From an uncultured Chitinophaga sp. (GTDB lineage Bacteria > Planctomycetota > Planctomycetia > Planctomycetales > Planctomycetaceae), in assembly GCA_964561125.1 (NCBI GenBank), contig CAZLOQ010000012.1, positions 41 to 64,040 on the forward strand: 64,000 nt of DNA. The letters are read 5' to 3'. Under the pieces are notes generated by a model. The model ran no database searches, had not been told where the DNA came from, and was given only the letters and a program-made list of their open reading frames with translations. Position 1 is the stretch's first letter, and every line of letters begins with the position of its first letter. A program made the translations under genes and the position numbers. This document shows positions 34,401 to 43,695 of this stretch, one piece after another.

Positions 34401-36622
34401 GCAGCAGCATGAGTAACGGTCCATCGACGGAATCACCGGGAAAAAGCAGACCAGCAGATTCTCCGATGTTCGAGCAGTCGTACGGGGACGGCTTTTTCAT
34501 CAGCCGCATCGTCGGCCTTGAGCGTCTGAAGAAACTCTGTCAGCAGACATCGGAGTGGAGCGGCAGGTGGTTTTTTTCACGTGACATTGAGTCTCTTCTG
34601 GCAGTGCTCCCTGTGGTGCTCACGCTGCTGCTGTTTGGCGCGGTGGCGGCGTGGGGGCTTGACCGCGGTGATTTGCAGTCGGTGCGGCAACTGTATCTGA
34701 CGGCGTTGAGTGAGGCTGCGTCGGAGGGAAATGTGGCGGGGCAGGAAGTCTGTCTGCGTCAGCTGTGCAGTCTGGTGCCGCGCGAATCTGTCTTCCCGAT
34801 CCGCCTGGCGGATCTGCTGGTCTCTGCCGGTCGTGTGGAGGAGGCATTGAAGATTACGAAATCGCTTGCTCCTGCAGATGCTGAAGGCTTTGCGGACGTG
34901 CGTTTGTGGCTTGTGCGGAATGCGACTTCAGCGGTGCCGCCCTTTCAGATGACTCACAGCGAAATCGTGGTTCAGCTGCAGCGAGCCGTGCAGGAGGCGC
35001 CCAACAATCCGGATGCGGCGATTTTGTTGTCACAGCGATACAGCAGTGAAAAGGAATGGCAGCTGGCAGAACGCTGTCTGATTGCGGCATCGCGACTGCA
35101 TCCACAGCTGAATCTGCAGCTGCTGGAACTGCAGTATCGCATTCGTCGTCCTCCGGAGGTGATTGCATCCACGGCAAAGCTGGCGGTGCAGCGACTGCAG
35201 GAGGAATTTCGGCGGACGTCGGGCATCGGGCCACTGCTTGCGCTTGCAGATGCACTCCGGCTGTCCGGGGAAAGTGAGAAGGCAAGGAAGATGCTGGAGG
35301 AGCATTATCAGGCATCTCCTGATCCCGAGGTGGCCGCGGCTCTTGCGGAGGTGCTCAGGCACATCGCCAAACAGCTCCTTGGTCAATCAATCTCCCATCG
35401 GGATCGTTGCTGTGCCCTCGTGATTGATTCGATTAACCGTGATCCGTCGAGTGGTGAAGCCGTGGACCTGCTGCTCCGTCTGCGAAAACAGGGGGCCTGC
35501 ATCAAACCGGATTTCCTGAAAACAGCCGTTACCTACTGGCGTGAGCAGCATCGGATGGCAGCAGAAGACTGGACGCCGCGGGTGCGTCTGGCGGAACTGT
35601 ATCTGTTGTCCGGTCACGCGCGGGATGGTGCAGCGCTGCTGAGTGACGGGATCGAACAGCATACGGAGCAGAGAATGCTGCTGGCAGAGCTGCTGGTTGA
35701 AGCGAATTCGCCCACGGAGGCATCAGCGGTGCTGGAACAAATCGTGCGTGAGTCACAGGAGCGTCTGCGGGTGGATCCTGCCCGACTGGCGACCCGCGTA
35801 CTACTCGCCGATGCGTTCCGCATGCTTCGTCGATCCGACGAAGCGAGTGCTTTGTTCCTGGAGCTGCAGGATGAACAGCTGCTTGAAGCTGTCAGCAGAT
35901 CTCCAGCGGCGCTCACCAGCCGCGGGCTCGCCTATGTCGCGGAATTCGATCGGATTTGTGGTCTGCGGATACCGCTGGTCAGTCTGGAGTTACCCGGTGA
36001 TCCCGTGATTCCCCCGAGTGCATCGGTTGAGAAGCTGATTGCGATGCTGCTGGCAGCCACGGAGAGCGACACAGCTGCTGTGCCGGCCATCGATCGGCTT
36101 GCGCGGCTGGTGATTGCTGAAGGGGCGGGGGCGACGGAAGCCGAGCAGACGCTGATGAATCTGCGGGTCGATGGCCGCCATTCACTGCTCGTGCTGAACT
36201 CACTCTCGGCTCGCGCCCTGTCCGCGCGGAAATACGATCGATCGGTGGTCTGGCTTGAAGTGGCTGACGCGCTGGCGCGAGGGCAGAACCCGATCATTCT
36301 CAATAACCTGGCAGTCGCCATGGTTCGCAGCTCGCCCCCGACACCGGAAAAAGCGCTGGATTACGTGGAACGCAGCCTCGTGTTGCTCCCGGAGAACCCG
36401 GACCTGCTGTCTACCCGGGCTGAGATTTATCTGGCGCGAAATAATCTGCGGGCTGCGATCGCGGATCTCGAGAAGTCCGTTCAGGTGCGCCCTGACCGAC
36501 CCACTACCCATCGACTCCTGGCCACAACCTATGAAGCCACCGGTAAGGGAGACCTTGCCAGGCATCACCATCAGGAGGCCGTGCGTCTGGAACGCGAGCG
36601 GCAGCTCGCCCGGTATCGTTAA
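34397..36622 (+). CDS. Membrane-anchored TPR-repeat protein (PrsT-like architecture)
   Basis: The ATG at 34397 overlaps the upstream stop (ATGA). One TM (LLAVLPVVLTLLLFGAVAAWGL), then about 650 aa of helical repeats with TPR-like A/L/Y spacing to the C-terminus (NNLAVAM, AEIYLARNNLRAAIADLEKSVQVRPD). Confidence 0.7.
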   Translation: MSSSMSNGPSTESPGKSRPADSPMFEQSYGDGFFISRIVGLERLKKLCQQTSEWSGRWFFSRDIESLLAVLPVVLTLLLFGAVAAWGLDRGDLQSVRQLYLTALSEAASEGNVAGQEVCLRQLCSLVPRESVFPIRLADLLVSAGRVEEALKITKSLAPADAEGFADVRLWLVRNATSAVPPFQMTHSEIVVQLQRAVQEAPNNPDAAILLSQRYSSEKEWQLAERCLIAASRLHPQLNLQLLELQYRIRRPPEVIASTAKLAVQRLQEEFRRTSGIGPLLALADALRLSGESEKARKMLEEHYQASPDPEVAAALAEVLRHIAKQLLGQSISHRDRCCALVIDSINRDPSSGEAVDLLLRLRKQGACIKPDFLKTAVTYWREQHRMAAEDWTPRVRLAELYLLSGHARDGAALLSDGIEQHTEQRMLLAELLVEANSPTEASAVLEQIVRESQERLRVDPARLATRVLLADAFRMLRRSDEASALFLELQDEQLLEAVSRSPAALTSRGLAYVAEFDRICGLRIPLVSLELPGDPVIPPSASVEKLIAMLLAATESDTAAVPAIDRLARLVIAEGAGATEAEQTLMNLRVDGRHSLLVLNSLSARALSARKYDRSVVWLEVADALARGQNPIILNNLAVAMVRSSPPTPEKALDYVERSLVLLPENPDLLSTRAEIYLARNNLRAAIADLEKSVQVRPDRPTTHRLLATTYEATGKGDLARHHHQEAVRLERERQLARYR

Positions 36623-36862
36623 ACGTGCTGAATCTGAGCCCTTCACAGGCTCCGCAAGCCACTCAACAGTTCTGCTGCCGGCGACTTTTCTCGCGGTCAC
36701 TCCCCCGGCAATTTGCGTTTCGGCTCAAATTTGCCGGGTGGATGCGGGCAGATTGGCTTGCTTCAGGAGGCGTTGCCGGAGACGATACACACCTCCGGTA
36801 AAACGTGACTTACCGGAGTTCGTCTGCGCCGCGCTTCGCCGATTTCCTGACGGGAGAGTATC

Positions 36863-37717
36863 GTGTCCAGCCAAAGAACCGTTCCGCAGGGGCCTAAAGT
36901 TTCACCAGCCAGAACAATCGCGTCGCTCATTGTACTGGCCGTGGTTGGAGTGATTTGTCTCATTGAGATGCGCGCCGGGCTTGGCCAGTACCTCAGCACC
37001 AAAGGCCTGAAGGCTGCCCTCGAAGGTGAAGACAGCGTTGCAGTGGTGAAGAAAGTCCGGTTCAGCGAAGCGCAGGCTCTGCTCAGTATGAGCCCGACAG
37101 AAGACCTGATCCGCGAAACTCCCTACGAGAAAGTTTATCGCTACTCGTGGTACAGCCTGCTCCGGCCGCTCATGGGCGAACCATCCCCACAAGTGTTCAT
37201 TTCCGTCTCCATGGATGAAGAACCACTGGCCACAAGCTTTTTTACGTCCGAAGAAGAACAGCCCGGTGCGGGATATGTTTATCAGGAGCCGCCCGGTGGA
37301 TCAGCGGGCCTGACCCCGCTACCGTCGCTGATCCCGCCGGAGGCTGCCGGCGAAGCGGGAGGGCCGGGAAGGCCGATGGGCATGGGAGGCCCGGGTGGGA
37401 TGCGTCCGCCGGGAGGTCCTGGCGGGATGATGGGTCCGCCGGGTGGCGGCAAGGGTCGCAGGCGTCCCGCAGTCGAGGACGAAGAGAAATCATCGCCGGA
37501 CGATACGAAGACAGCAGAGACGGAGCAGCCCCCAACTCCCTCAGCAGACCCTGAAAAAGCGGCTGACGCTGGCGACGCAAAGGACGCTGAGACACCTGCT
37601 GAAAAGCCTGCCGAGACACCTGCCGAGAAACCCGGTGACAATCCTGCTGCCGATCCATCCGCAGGCGACGCGAAATCAGACGAGGGGGCCGCTGCTGCGG
37701 CTGAGACCAGGCCCTGA
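36863..37717 (+). CDS. Hypothetical membrane-anchored protein with G/P/M-rich and acidic PAEK-repeat tail
   Basis: GTG start with GGGAGAG upstream. TM IASLIVLAVVGVICLI. A small folded region, then GGPGGMRPPGGPGGMMGPPGGG and a 24-bp repeat encoding ETPAEKPA twice (37589-37636). Confidence 0.55.
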   Translation: MSSQRTVPQGPKVSPARTIASLIVLAVVGVICLIEMRAGLGQYLSTKGLKAALEGEDSVAVVKKVRFSEAQALLSMSPTEDLIRETPYEKVYRYSWYSLLRPLMGEPSPQVFISVSMDEEPLATSFFTSEEEQPGAGYVYQEPPGGSAGLTPLPSLIPPEAAGEAGGPGRPMGMGGPGGMRPPGGPGGMMGPPGGGKGRRRPAVEDEEKSSPDDTKTAETEQPPTPSADPEKAADAGDAKDAETPAEKPAETPAEKPGDNPAADPSAGDAKSDEGAAAAAETRP

Positions 37718-37781
37718 ATCGGAACCTCGCGGCATATTTGCAGGCTTTCTCGCTCTGGTGTGTCTGTCAGAGGGCAGGACG

Positions 37782-38996
37782 ATGGACTTGTACTGCGTGC
37801 AGCAATCGCTGGTGACAGCGCCTCTGTCCGATATTCGGACAGAAGTTTTTCATCAGTTATCCGGACTGGACCTGCGGGTGCCGACCGAAGAGGTGGCCAT
37901 TCCGGTCGGCAGTCGAGGAATCAGCAACATTCCCGAGATTATCCGCTCGTGCGGCGAGTGGTTACGGGAGCAGGGGGCGAGGCCATTCATCGTACCGGCG
38001 ATGGGTTCGCATAACGGAGCCACTGCCGCCGGTCAGCGGTCCATGGTGGAGTCGCTGGGCATTACGGAAGCGGCAATGGGCATGCCGATTCGCAGCAGCA
38101 TGGAAGTGGTGCAGATTGGTGAGGTGCGGACGGGGCCGGTTTTCATGGATCGGCATTGCTTTGAGTCGGCTGGGGTGCTGGTGGTCAACCGCGTGAAGCT
38201 GCACACCTGTTTTGCCGGGCCGGTGCAGAGTGGTCTGACGAAGATGATGGTGGTGGGCATGGGTAAGATCCGTTCAGCACGGACCTTTCATTCTGCTGGT
38301 GCCCGGGCGATGAAGGACATGCTTCTGGAAATGGGGCAGTACGTTCTGGACAGTGGCCGGATTCTGGCGGGGCTGGCGATCCTTGAAGACGGCCACGACC
38401 AGACAGCCGAGCTGCACGGAATTCGTCCGCAGCAGATTCTGCAGCGGGAGGCCGAACTGCTGCGGCGGCACCTGCATTATTTTCCCCGGCTGCCGGTCGA
38501 CGCCCTGAATGTGCTGATCGTGAGAACAATCGGCAAGACTTACAGCGGCACCGGGATGGATACCAATGTGATCGGTCGCCGGGGGATCCACGGATTTGAG
38601 GATCTTGAGTCGCCGGCCATTCGAGTGATTGGCGCGCTGGAATTGTCTGCTTCGTCCCAGGGAAATGCTCTGGGAGTGGGAAACGCCGACTTTATCACTC
38701 GCCGCCTGCGCGATGCCATTGACGAAGAAAAAACGCTGATCAATACGCTCACCACAGGAGACATGGACCGGGCAAAGATCCCGGCCACTCTGCCGGACGA
38801 TGAAACACTCGTCCGGGTAATTGCTGAGCGTTACGGGGAGCAGCGATGGATGTTCATTCCCAATACCCTGCACCTTGAAAAACTCTACGTCACAGGCGAC
38901 CTGATGGAAGAACTGTCCCGCCGATCCGATTGTCGGATCGAGCGACAGTCGGAGGCATTGCAGTTTCGCTCCGGACAGCTGGACCTGGCCTTTTAG
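37782..38996 (+). CDS. DUF2088 (LarA N-terminal-like) domain protein
   Basis: ATG at 37782. VAIPVGSRGISNIPEIIRSCGEWLREQGARPFIVPAMGSHNGATAAGQRSMVESLGITEAAMGMPIRSSMEVVQIGE matches the AGSRGI..I...PFI.PAMGSHGGAT..GQ...L..LGITE block I recall for this family. Confidence 0.45.
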   Translation: MDLYCVQQSLVTAPLSDIRTEVFHQLSGLDLRVPTEEVAIPVGSRGISNIPEIIRSCGEWLREQGARPFIVPAMGSHNGATAAGQRSMVESLGITEAAMGMPIRSSMEVVQIGEVRTGPVFMDRHCFESAGVLVVNRVKLHTCFAGPVQSGLTKMMVVGMGKIRSARTFHSAGARAMKDMLLEMGQYVLDSGRILAGLAILEDGHDQTAELHGIRPQQILQREAELLRRHLHYFPRLPVDALNVLIVRTIGKTYSGTGMDTNVIGRRGIHGFEDLESPAIRVIGALELSASSQGNALGVGNADFITRRLRDAIDEEKTLINTLTTGDMDRAKIPATLPDDETLVRVIAERYGEQRWMFIPNTLHLEKLYVTGDLMEELSRRSDCRIERQSEALQFRSGQLDLAF

Positions 38997-40694
38997 GTGA
39001 ACACATCCATGCGCACAAAACAGGATCGGTTGCGAGTTCTGCAGACAGTGTTGTCCACCGAAAAGACAGAGGGGCAGCTGCGGCAGGTGTCGCTGGAGTC
39101 TCCGCTGACAGTGTCTGCTGCAGACCCGCCGGCAGTGCCGGGGCAGTCACCAGCGAAGCCTGGAACGCCACCGGCAGCGGTACCGCCGGCGAAACCGAGT
39201 CCGCCACCGGAAGTGGTCCCCCCGGCAAAGACAGTGGCTCCGGCCCCCGCTTCCCCGGTACCTCCGGTCACAAAGTCCGGGGTTCCCTCCGGCGCGACTC
39301 CGAGTGTTCCGCGGCTGCGGGCGGGGCGTCCGTCTCTGCCGACGGGATTGCGGCCGAATACAGCAGTTCCGGGAGCCGCTCCCGGGCGGCTCGCATCGCT
39401 CGACGCGTTCCGCGGTTTCATCATGATGATGCTGGCAGCCGGCGGATTTGGGATTCTGCGGTTTTCGCGTCTTCCCGAGGATGCTCCGGTCTGGGCGGTT
39501 GCGGACCGGGATGTCTGGCAGCAACTGGGCTTTCACTTCGACCATCCCGCATGGATCAGCGTGTTTGACGGCTGGCGTGTGGCGTTCTGGGACCTGATCC
39601 AGCCGGCCTTTATGTTTATGGTCGGCGTGGCGATGCCGTTTTCGTACGCACGTCGGCGGTCTCAGGGACAAGGCTGGCTGTCCATGTCGGCACACGCAGT
39701 CATTCGCGCTGTGGTGCTGGTGCTGATGGGAGTCTTTCTGTCATCATTCGGAAAGCCGGCGACGAACTGGATCTTCCCCAATGTTCTGTGCCAGATTGGT
39801 CTGGGTTACACATTCGCGTTTCTGCTGCTGAATCGACCTTTCACCGTTCAGCTTGCGGCACTTGTGCTGATCCTTGTCGGTTACGGGGCATGGTTTCGCT
39901 TCACGCCACCAGCAGCCGACTATGACTACGCTTCAGTGAATGCGGATGCTGAAAAGGGCGAGGTCTTTACCGGGGAATGGGCCGGGTGGTCAAAGAATGC
40001 CAACGCCGCTTATCGGGTGGATGACTGGCTGCTGCGACAGTTGCGCAGTCCTCAGCCGGAGGCTGCCGGGGCTGAGGCTGCACTGCCGGACGCGGCGAAG
40101 CAGGGCTTCGACTGGAGGCGGGCATTTTTCTCAAACCCTGAACCCTACGCGCCGAATGCGGGCGGCTACACGACGCTCAATTTTATTCCGTCGATCGCCA
40201 CCACGCTGCTGGGAATTCTCTGTGGTCAGTGGCTGCTGTCGACGACCCTGTCCGGCCGGCAGAAGCTCCTGCGACTGCTGCTGCTGGGGGGCGTCTGCCT
40301 GGCCCTTGGTCTGCTGGCGCACGCGACGATTTGCCCGGCCGTAAAACGCATCTGGACGCCCTCATGGGCTCTGGTCAGCGGTGGTTATGTGATCGGGATG
40401 CTGGCCATTTTCTACATCCTGTTTGATCTGCTCCCGTTCCGCTGGCTGGCGCTGCCACTGGTTGTCGTCGGCAGCAACTCAATTCTGATTTACCTGCTGG
40501 GTCAGACATTGAATGGCTGGGTGCGGGAGCAGGTGATTCGAGTGCATTTGTCGGGGGTGATTGAACAGACGTTTGGTTCGAAGGCTCTGGACGACCAGTG
40601 GTTTGGATCGCTGGTGATGCCGACGACGGTGTTCGCTGTGTACTGGCTGCTCCTGCTTTGGCTGTACCGCCAAAAACTGTTCATTCGGATCTGA
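38997..40694 (+). CDS. DUF5009 / heparan-alpha-glucosaminide N-acetyltransferase-like membrane acyltransferase with Pro-rich N-terminal extension
   Basis: The GTG at 38997 directly follows the upstream TAG (ATG alternative at 39009). About 140 aa are P/A-rich, then RLASLDAFRGFIMMMLAAGGFG and about 10 TM helices typical of the family. Confidence 0.7.
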   Translation: MNTSMRTKQDRLRVLQTVLSTEKTEGQLRQVSLESPLTVSAADPPAVPGQSPAKPGTPPAAVPPAKPSPPPEVVPPAKTVAPAPASPVPPVTKSGVPSGATPSVPRLRAGRPSLPTGLRPNTAVPGAAPGRLASLDAFRGFIMMMLAAGGFGILRFSRLPEDAPVWAVADRDVWQQLGFHFDHPAWISVFDGWRVAFWDLIQPAFMFMVGVAMPFSYARRRSQGQGWLSMSAHAVIRAVVLVLMGVFLSSFGKPATNWIFPNVLCQIGLGYTFAFLLLNRPFTVQLAALVLILVGYGAWFRFTPPAADYDYASVNADAEKGEVFTGEWAGWSKNANAAYRVDDWLLRQLRSPQPEAAGAEAALPDAAKQGFDWRRAFFSNPEPYAPNAGGYTTLNFIPSIATTLLGILCGQWLLSTTLSGRQKLLRLLLLGGVCLALGLLAHATICPAVKRIWTPSWALVSGGYVIGMLAIFYILFDLLPFRWLALPLVVVGSNSILIYLLGQTLNGWVREQVIRVHLSGVIEQTFGSKALDDQWFGSLVMPTTVFAVYWLLLLWLYRQKLFIRI

Positions 40695-40707
40695 CGGGGC
40701 AGTGCGA

Positions 40708-41832
40708 ATGGCGTGGGATGCGATTGTTATCGGGTGCGGTGGCATTGGAGCGGCCTGCCTTGCGGAGTTGTCCGCGCGGGGCCTGCGGGTGCTTGGGCTG
40801 GACCAGTACTCTCCGCCGCATGATCGCGGCAGTTCGCACGGCGAGACGCGAATCATTCGCAAGGCTTACTTCGAGCACCCGGACTACGTGCCGCTGCTGC
40901 ATCGGGCGTGGGACTTATGGGCAGAATTATCGCAGCGCAGCGGTGCAGGCCTGCTGCATCGCTGTGATCTGGTGATGATGGGCGATTGCGATTCCGTGGT
41001 GGTTCGCGGAGCGCGGGAGTCAGCGGCACGGCACGGACTGCTGGTGGAGAATGTCAACGCAGCGGAAGGGCGTGCGAGGTATCCGGTGCTGGCGATCCCG
41101 GAAACTCACGAGGTGGTCGTGGAGCGGACGGCTGGCTGGCTGGCAGTTGAACGCTGTGTGGCGGCTCATCTTCAGTTGGCGCAATCCACGGGCGCGGAAC
41201 TCCGAACCGGTGTGCAGGTGCTCGGATTGACTGGTGCTCGTGATTTCGTGGAGGTCGAGACATCGGAGGGGCGGCTTTCTGCGGGAGCGGCGATTGTCAA
41301 CTGCGGTCCATGGACCGGCAGGCTGCTGCCCGATTATGCCAGTCTGATACAGGTCCTGCGGAAGACGCTGTTCTGGTATGCGGCTGCCGCAGATGCGGAG
41401 GCGGCCCGAGGCTTTCCGATGTTTCTGATGGACCTGCCGCAGGGCCAGTTTTACGGAGTCCCCTCAGCCAATCCTCAGGGCATGAAGGTCGGAGAGCATT
41501 CCGGGGGTGACGCGGTGACTGATCCGGGGCATGTTCGCCGTGAACTCAATGCTGCCGATGCAGGGCCGGTTGATGGATTTGTCCGCGATTATCTGCGGGG
41601 TATGCGCGCGGGAGCCGTACGGGGGGCTGTGTGTCAGTATTCGATGAGTCCCGACGGCCATTTTCTGGTGGATCGGCACGCGGACTGGCCTGTTGTGGTG
41701 AACGCCGGGTTTTCGGGGCACGGCTTTAAGTTTACTCCGGTGATCGCCGAAGCAGCAGCGGATCTGCTGCTGCGGGGGCAGACAGATTTACCGATTGAGT
41801 TCCTTTCACGGCGGCGTTTTGCTGCGGGCTGA
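40708..41832 (+). CDS. solA: FAD-dependent sarcosine/N-methyltryptophan oxidase-like oxidoreductase
   Basis: WDAIVIGCGGIGAACLAELSARG dinucleotide fold, GSSHGETRIIRKAY, and FSGHGFKF near the C-terminus, as in monomeric sarcosine oxidase/SolA. The symbol is tentative. Confidence 0.6.
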   Translation: MAWDAIVIGCGGIGAACLAELSARGLRVLGLDQYSPPHDRGSSHGETRIIRKAYFEHPDYVPLLHRAWDLWAELSQRSGAGLLHRCDLVMMGDCDSVVVRGARESAARHGLLVENVNAAEGRARYPVLAIPETHEVVVERTAGWLAVERCVAAHLQLAQSTGAELRTGVQVLGLTGARDFVEVETSEGRLSAGAAIVNCGPWTGRLLPDYASLIQVLRKTLFWYAAAADAEAARGFPMFLMDLPQGQFYGVPSANPQGMKVGEHSGGDAVTDPGHVRRELNAADAGPVDGFVRDYLRGMRAGAVRGAVCQYSMSPDGHFLVDRHADWPVVVNAGFSGHGFKFTPVIAEAAADLLLRGQTDLPIEFLSRRRFAAG

Positions 41833-41853
41833 AATCTCAGAGAGCATGAATCC

Positions 41854-42915
41854 ATGACTGGTTATGACACACTGCGATGGAGCGGGGATGCAGCGAGCGG
41901 GGTTCTGCGGTTGACGGATCAGACGCTGCTGCCGGAACGCTTTGAAGAAGTCACCTGCAGTACGGTGCCTGTGCTGTTTGAAGCGATTCGTTCGCTGCGA
42001 GTGCGGGGAGCCCCGGCGATCGGGGTATCGGCGGCATATGGCATTGTTCTCGGAACTCAGCAGGCCCGTGGTCTTGACCGCGACGAATTTCTGCGCGTGC
42101 TGCATTCCGTCTGCGAGGAGCTGGGGCAGAGCCGCCCGACAGCGGTGAATCTGTTTTATGCTCTGGATCGGATGGAACGTTTTGCGGCGGTGTGCGGGAG
42201 CGACTCCGTGGCTGAACTGCACGATCGACTGCTTGGGGAAGCGCAGCAGATTGAGCATGAGGATCGTGAGATGTGTCTGGCGATTGGTCGGCACGGCAGT
42301 ACTCTGGTAGGCAGCGGAATGTCGCTCCTGACGCACTGCAATGCGGGTGGCCTGGCGACGGCGGGTGACGGCACGGCACTGGCGGTGATGTTCGCGGCGG
42401 CGCGTGAGGGCAAGCAACTGCATGTGTTCGCCGACGAGACTCGACCACTGCTTCAGGGGGCGCGGCTGACGGCATGGGAGCTGCAGCAGCGGGGCATTCC
42501 GGTCACTCTGATCTGCGACAACATGGCGGCTCAGGTCATGCGGGAGCGTCGAGTGGACATGGTGATCACCGGGGCGGACCGTATTGCGGCCAACGGAGAT
42601 GCTGCCAACAAAATCGGAACATACGGGCTTGCCGTGCTGGCGGCTTACCATGGAATTCCATTTGCGGTCGCGGCACCTTCCAGTACGTTTGATCTGCAGC
42701 TGTCATCGGGCGCCGGGATACCGATTGAGCAGCGGAGTGAGCGCGAAGTGACGGAAGGATTCGGTCGTCGGACAGCCCCCCCGGGAATCGGTGTCTACAA
42801 TCCGGCGTTTGACGTCACACCGGCGGAGCTGATCCGGTATCTGATCACGGAGCGTGGTGTGATTGAGCGCCCGGATCCGGCAAAGATTGCCGCTCATCTC
42901 GCGGCAAGGCACTGA
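41854..42915 (+). CDS. mtnA: S-methyl-5-thioribose-1-phosphate isomerase
   Basis: LRLTDQTLLPERFEEV, AIRSLRVRGAPAIGVSAAYG, THCNAGGLAT and GADRIAANGDAANKIGTY are eIF-2B/MtnA family blocks. Confidence 0.85.
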   Translation: MTGYDTLRWSGDAASGVLRLTDQTLLPERFEEVTCSTVPVLFEAIRSLRVRGAPAIGVSAAYGIVLGTQQARGLDRDEFLRVLHSVCEELGQSRPTAVNLFYALDRMERFAAVCGSDSVAELHDRLLGEAQQIEHEDREMCLAIGRHGSTLVGSGMSLLTHCNAGGLATAGDGTALAVMFAAAREGKQLHVFADETRPLLQGARLTAWELQQRGIPVTLICDNMAAQVMRERRVDMVITGADRIAANGDAANKIGTYGLAVLAAYHGIPFAVAAPSSTFDLQLSSGAGIPIEQRSEREVTEGFGRRTAPPGIGVYNPAFDVTPAELIRYLITERGVIERPDPAKIAAHLAARH

Positions 42916-43131
42916 AGGACGGTGGCGAAGACTGCCGCCGGGGTTGGGGGGTCGCTGTGTTTTGCCGGCCTTTGCATGCATCGGTTGCCGATCGTGAAGG
43001 AGCAGCCTGGCCGGTGCCGGGAACCGGATTGATTGCACCGGGGCAAATCCGGGATCATCTGCAGAGGAAGCTTTCGGTAATTCGCCTGCCACAGCAGGTG
43101 CTGTGGGTCGGCGAATCCGGGTCTGGCAGGG

Positions 43132-43653
43132 ATGTCGGGGATGTATTTGATTTTGCGTCCGGTGCGGCTGCTGATGCAGGCGGCGGTGATGGAGTCAACT
43201 CCGCGACAGATGTCCATGGGTCTGGCTTTCGGGATCCTGCTGGGCCTGGTCCCCAAAGGCAATCTGCTCGCGATCAGCCTCGGCCTGATGCTGGCAGCCA
43301 CACGTCTGAATCTGGCAGTCGCCGCTCTCGGTGCCATGGCAGCAGCACTGGCTGCGGTGGCCTGCGACGGACTGTTTGATCAGATTGGCTGGTGGGTGCT
43401 GAGTCGTCCGCAGCTGGCGGGTGTCTGGCAGTGGCTGTATGAGCAGCCGTTTGTGCCGTGGACCGACTTTAATCATTCCATCGTGATGGGAAGTTTTGTT
43501 ACCGGGCTGGCGCTTGTCGTTCCGGTGCATTTTGCATCACGACCACTGTTTGCGAAGTATGCGGGAGTGCTGAGGAAGTATGCAGGCAGGTCATGGGTGG
43601 TGAAGGTCGCTCAGGGTGTTGAGGCGGTGAATCGAGTGAGTGCCGTGGAGTGA
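43132..43653 (+). CDS. Small membrane protein, TIGR03546-like
   Basis: 173 aa. STPRQMSMGLAFGILLGLVPKGNLLAISLGLMLAATRLNL, plus a later hydrophobic helix. It lies immediately upstream of a TIGR03545-like gene, the pairing described for these two families. Recollection-based. Confidence 0.4.
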   Translation: MSGMYLILRPVRLLMQAAVMESTPRQMSMGLAFGILLGLVPKGNLLAISLGLMLAATRLNLAVAALGAMAAALAAVACDGLFDQIGWWVLSRPQLAGVWQWLYEQPFVPWTDFNHSIVMGSFVTGLALVVPVHFASRPLFAKYAGVLRKYAGRSWVVKVAQGVEAVNRVSAVE

Positions 43654-43695
43654 ACCGGTCAGGCTCTGACTTTTCAGTACAGACGGGAATGAGTG

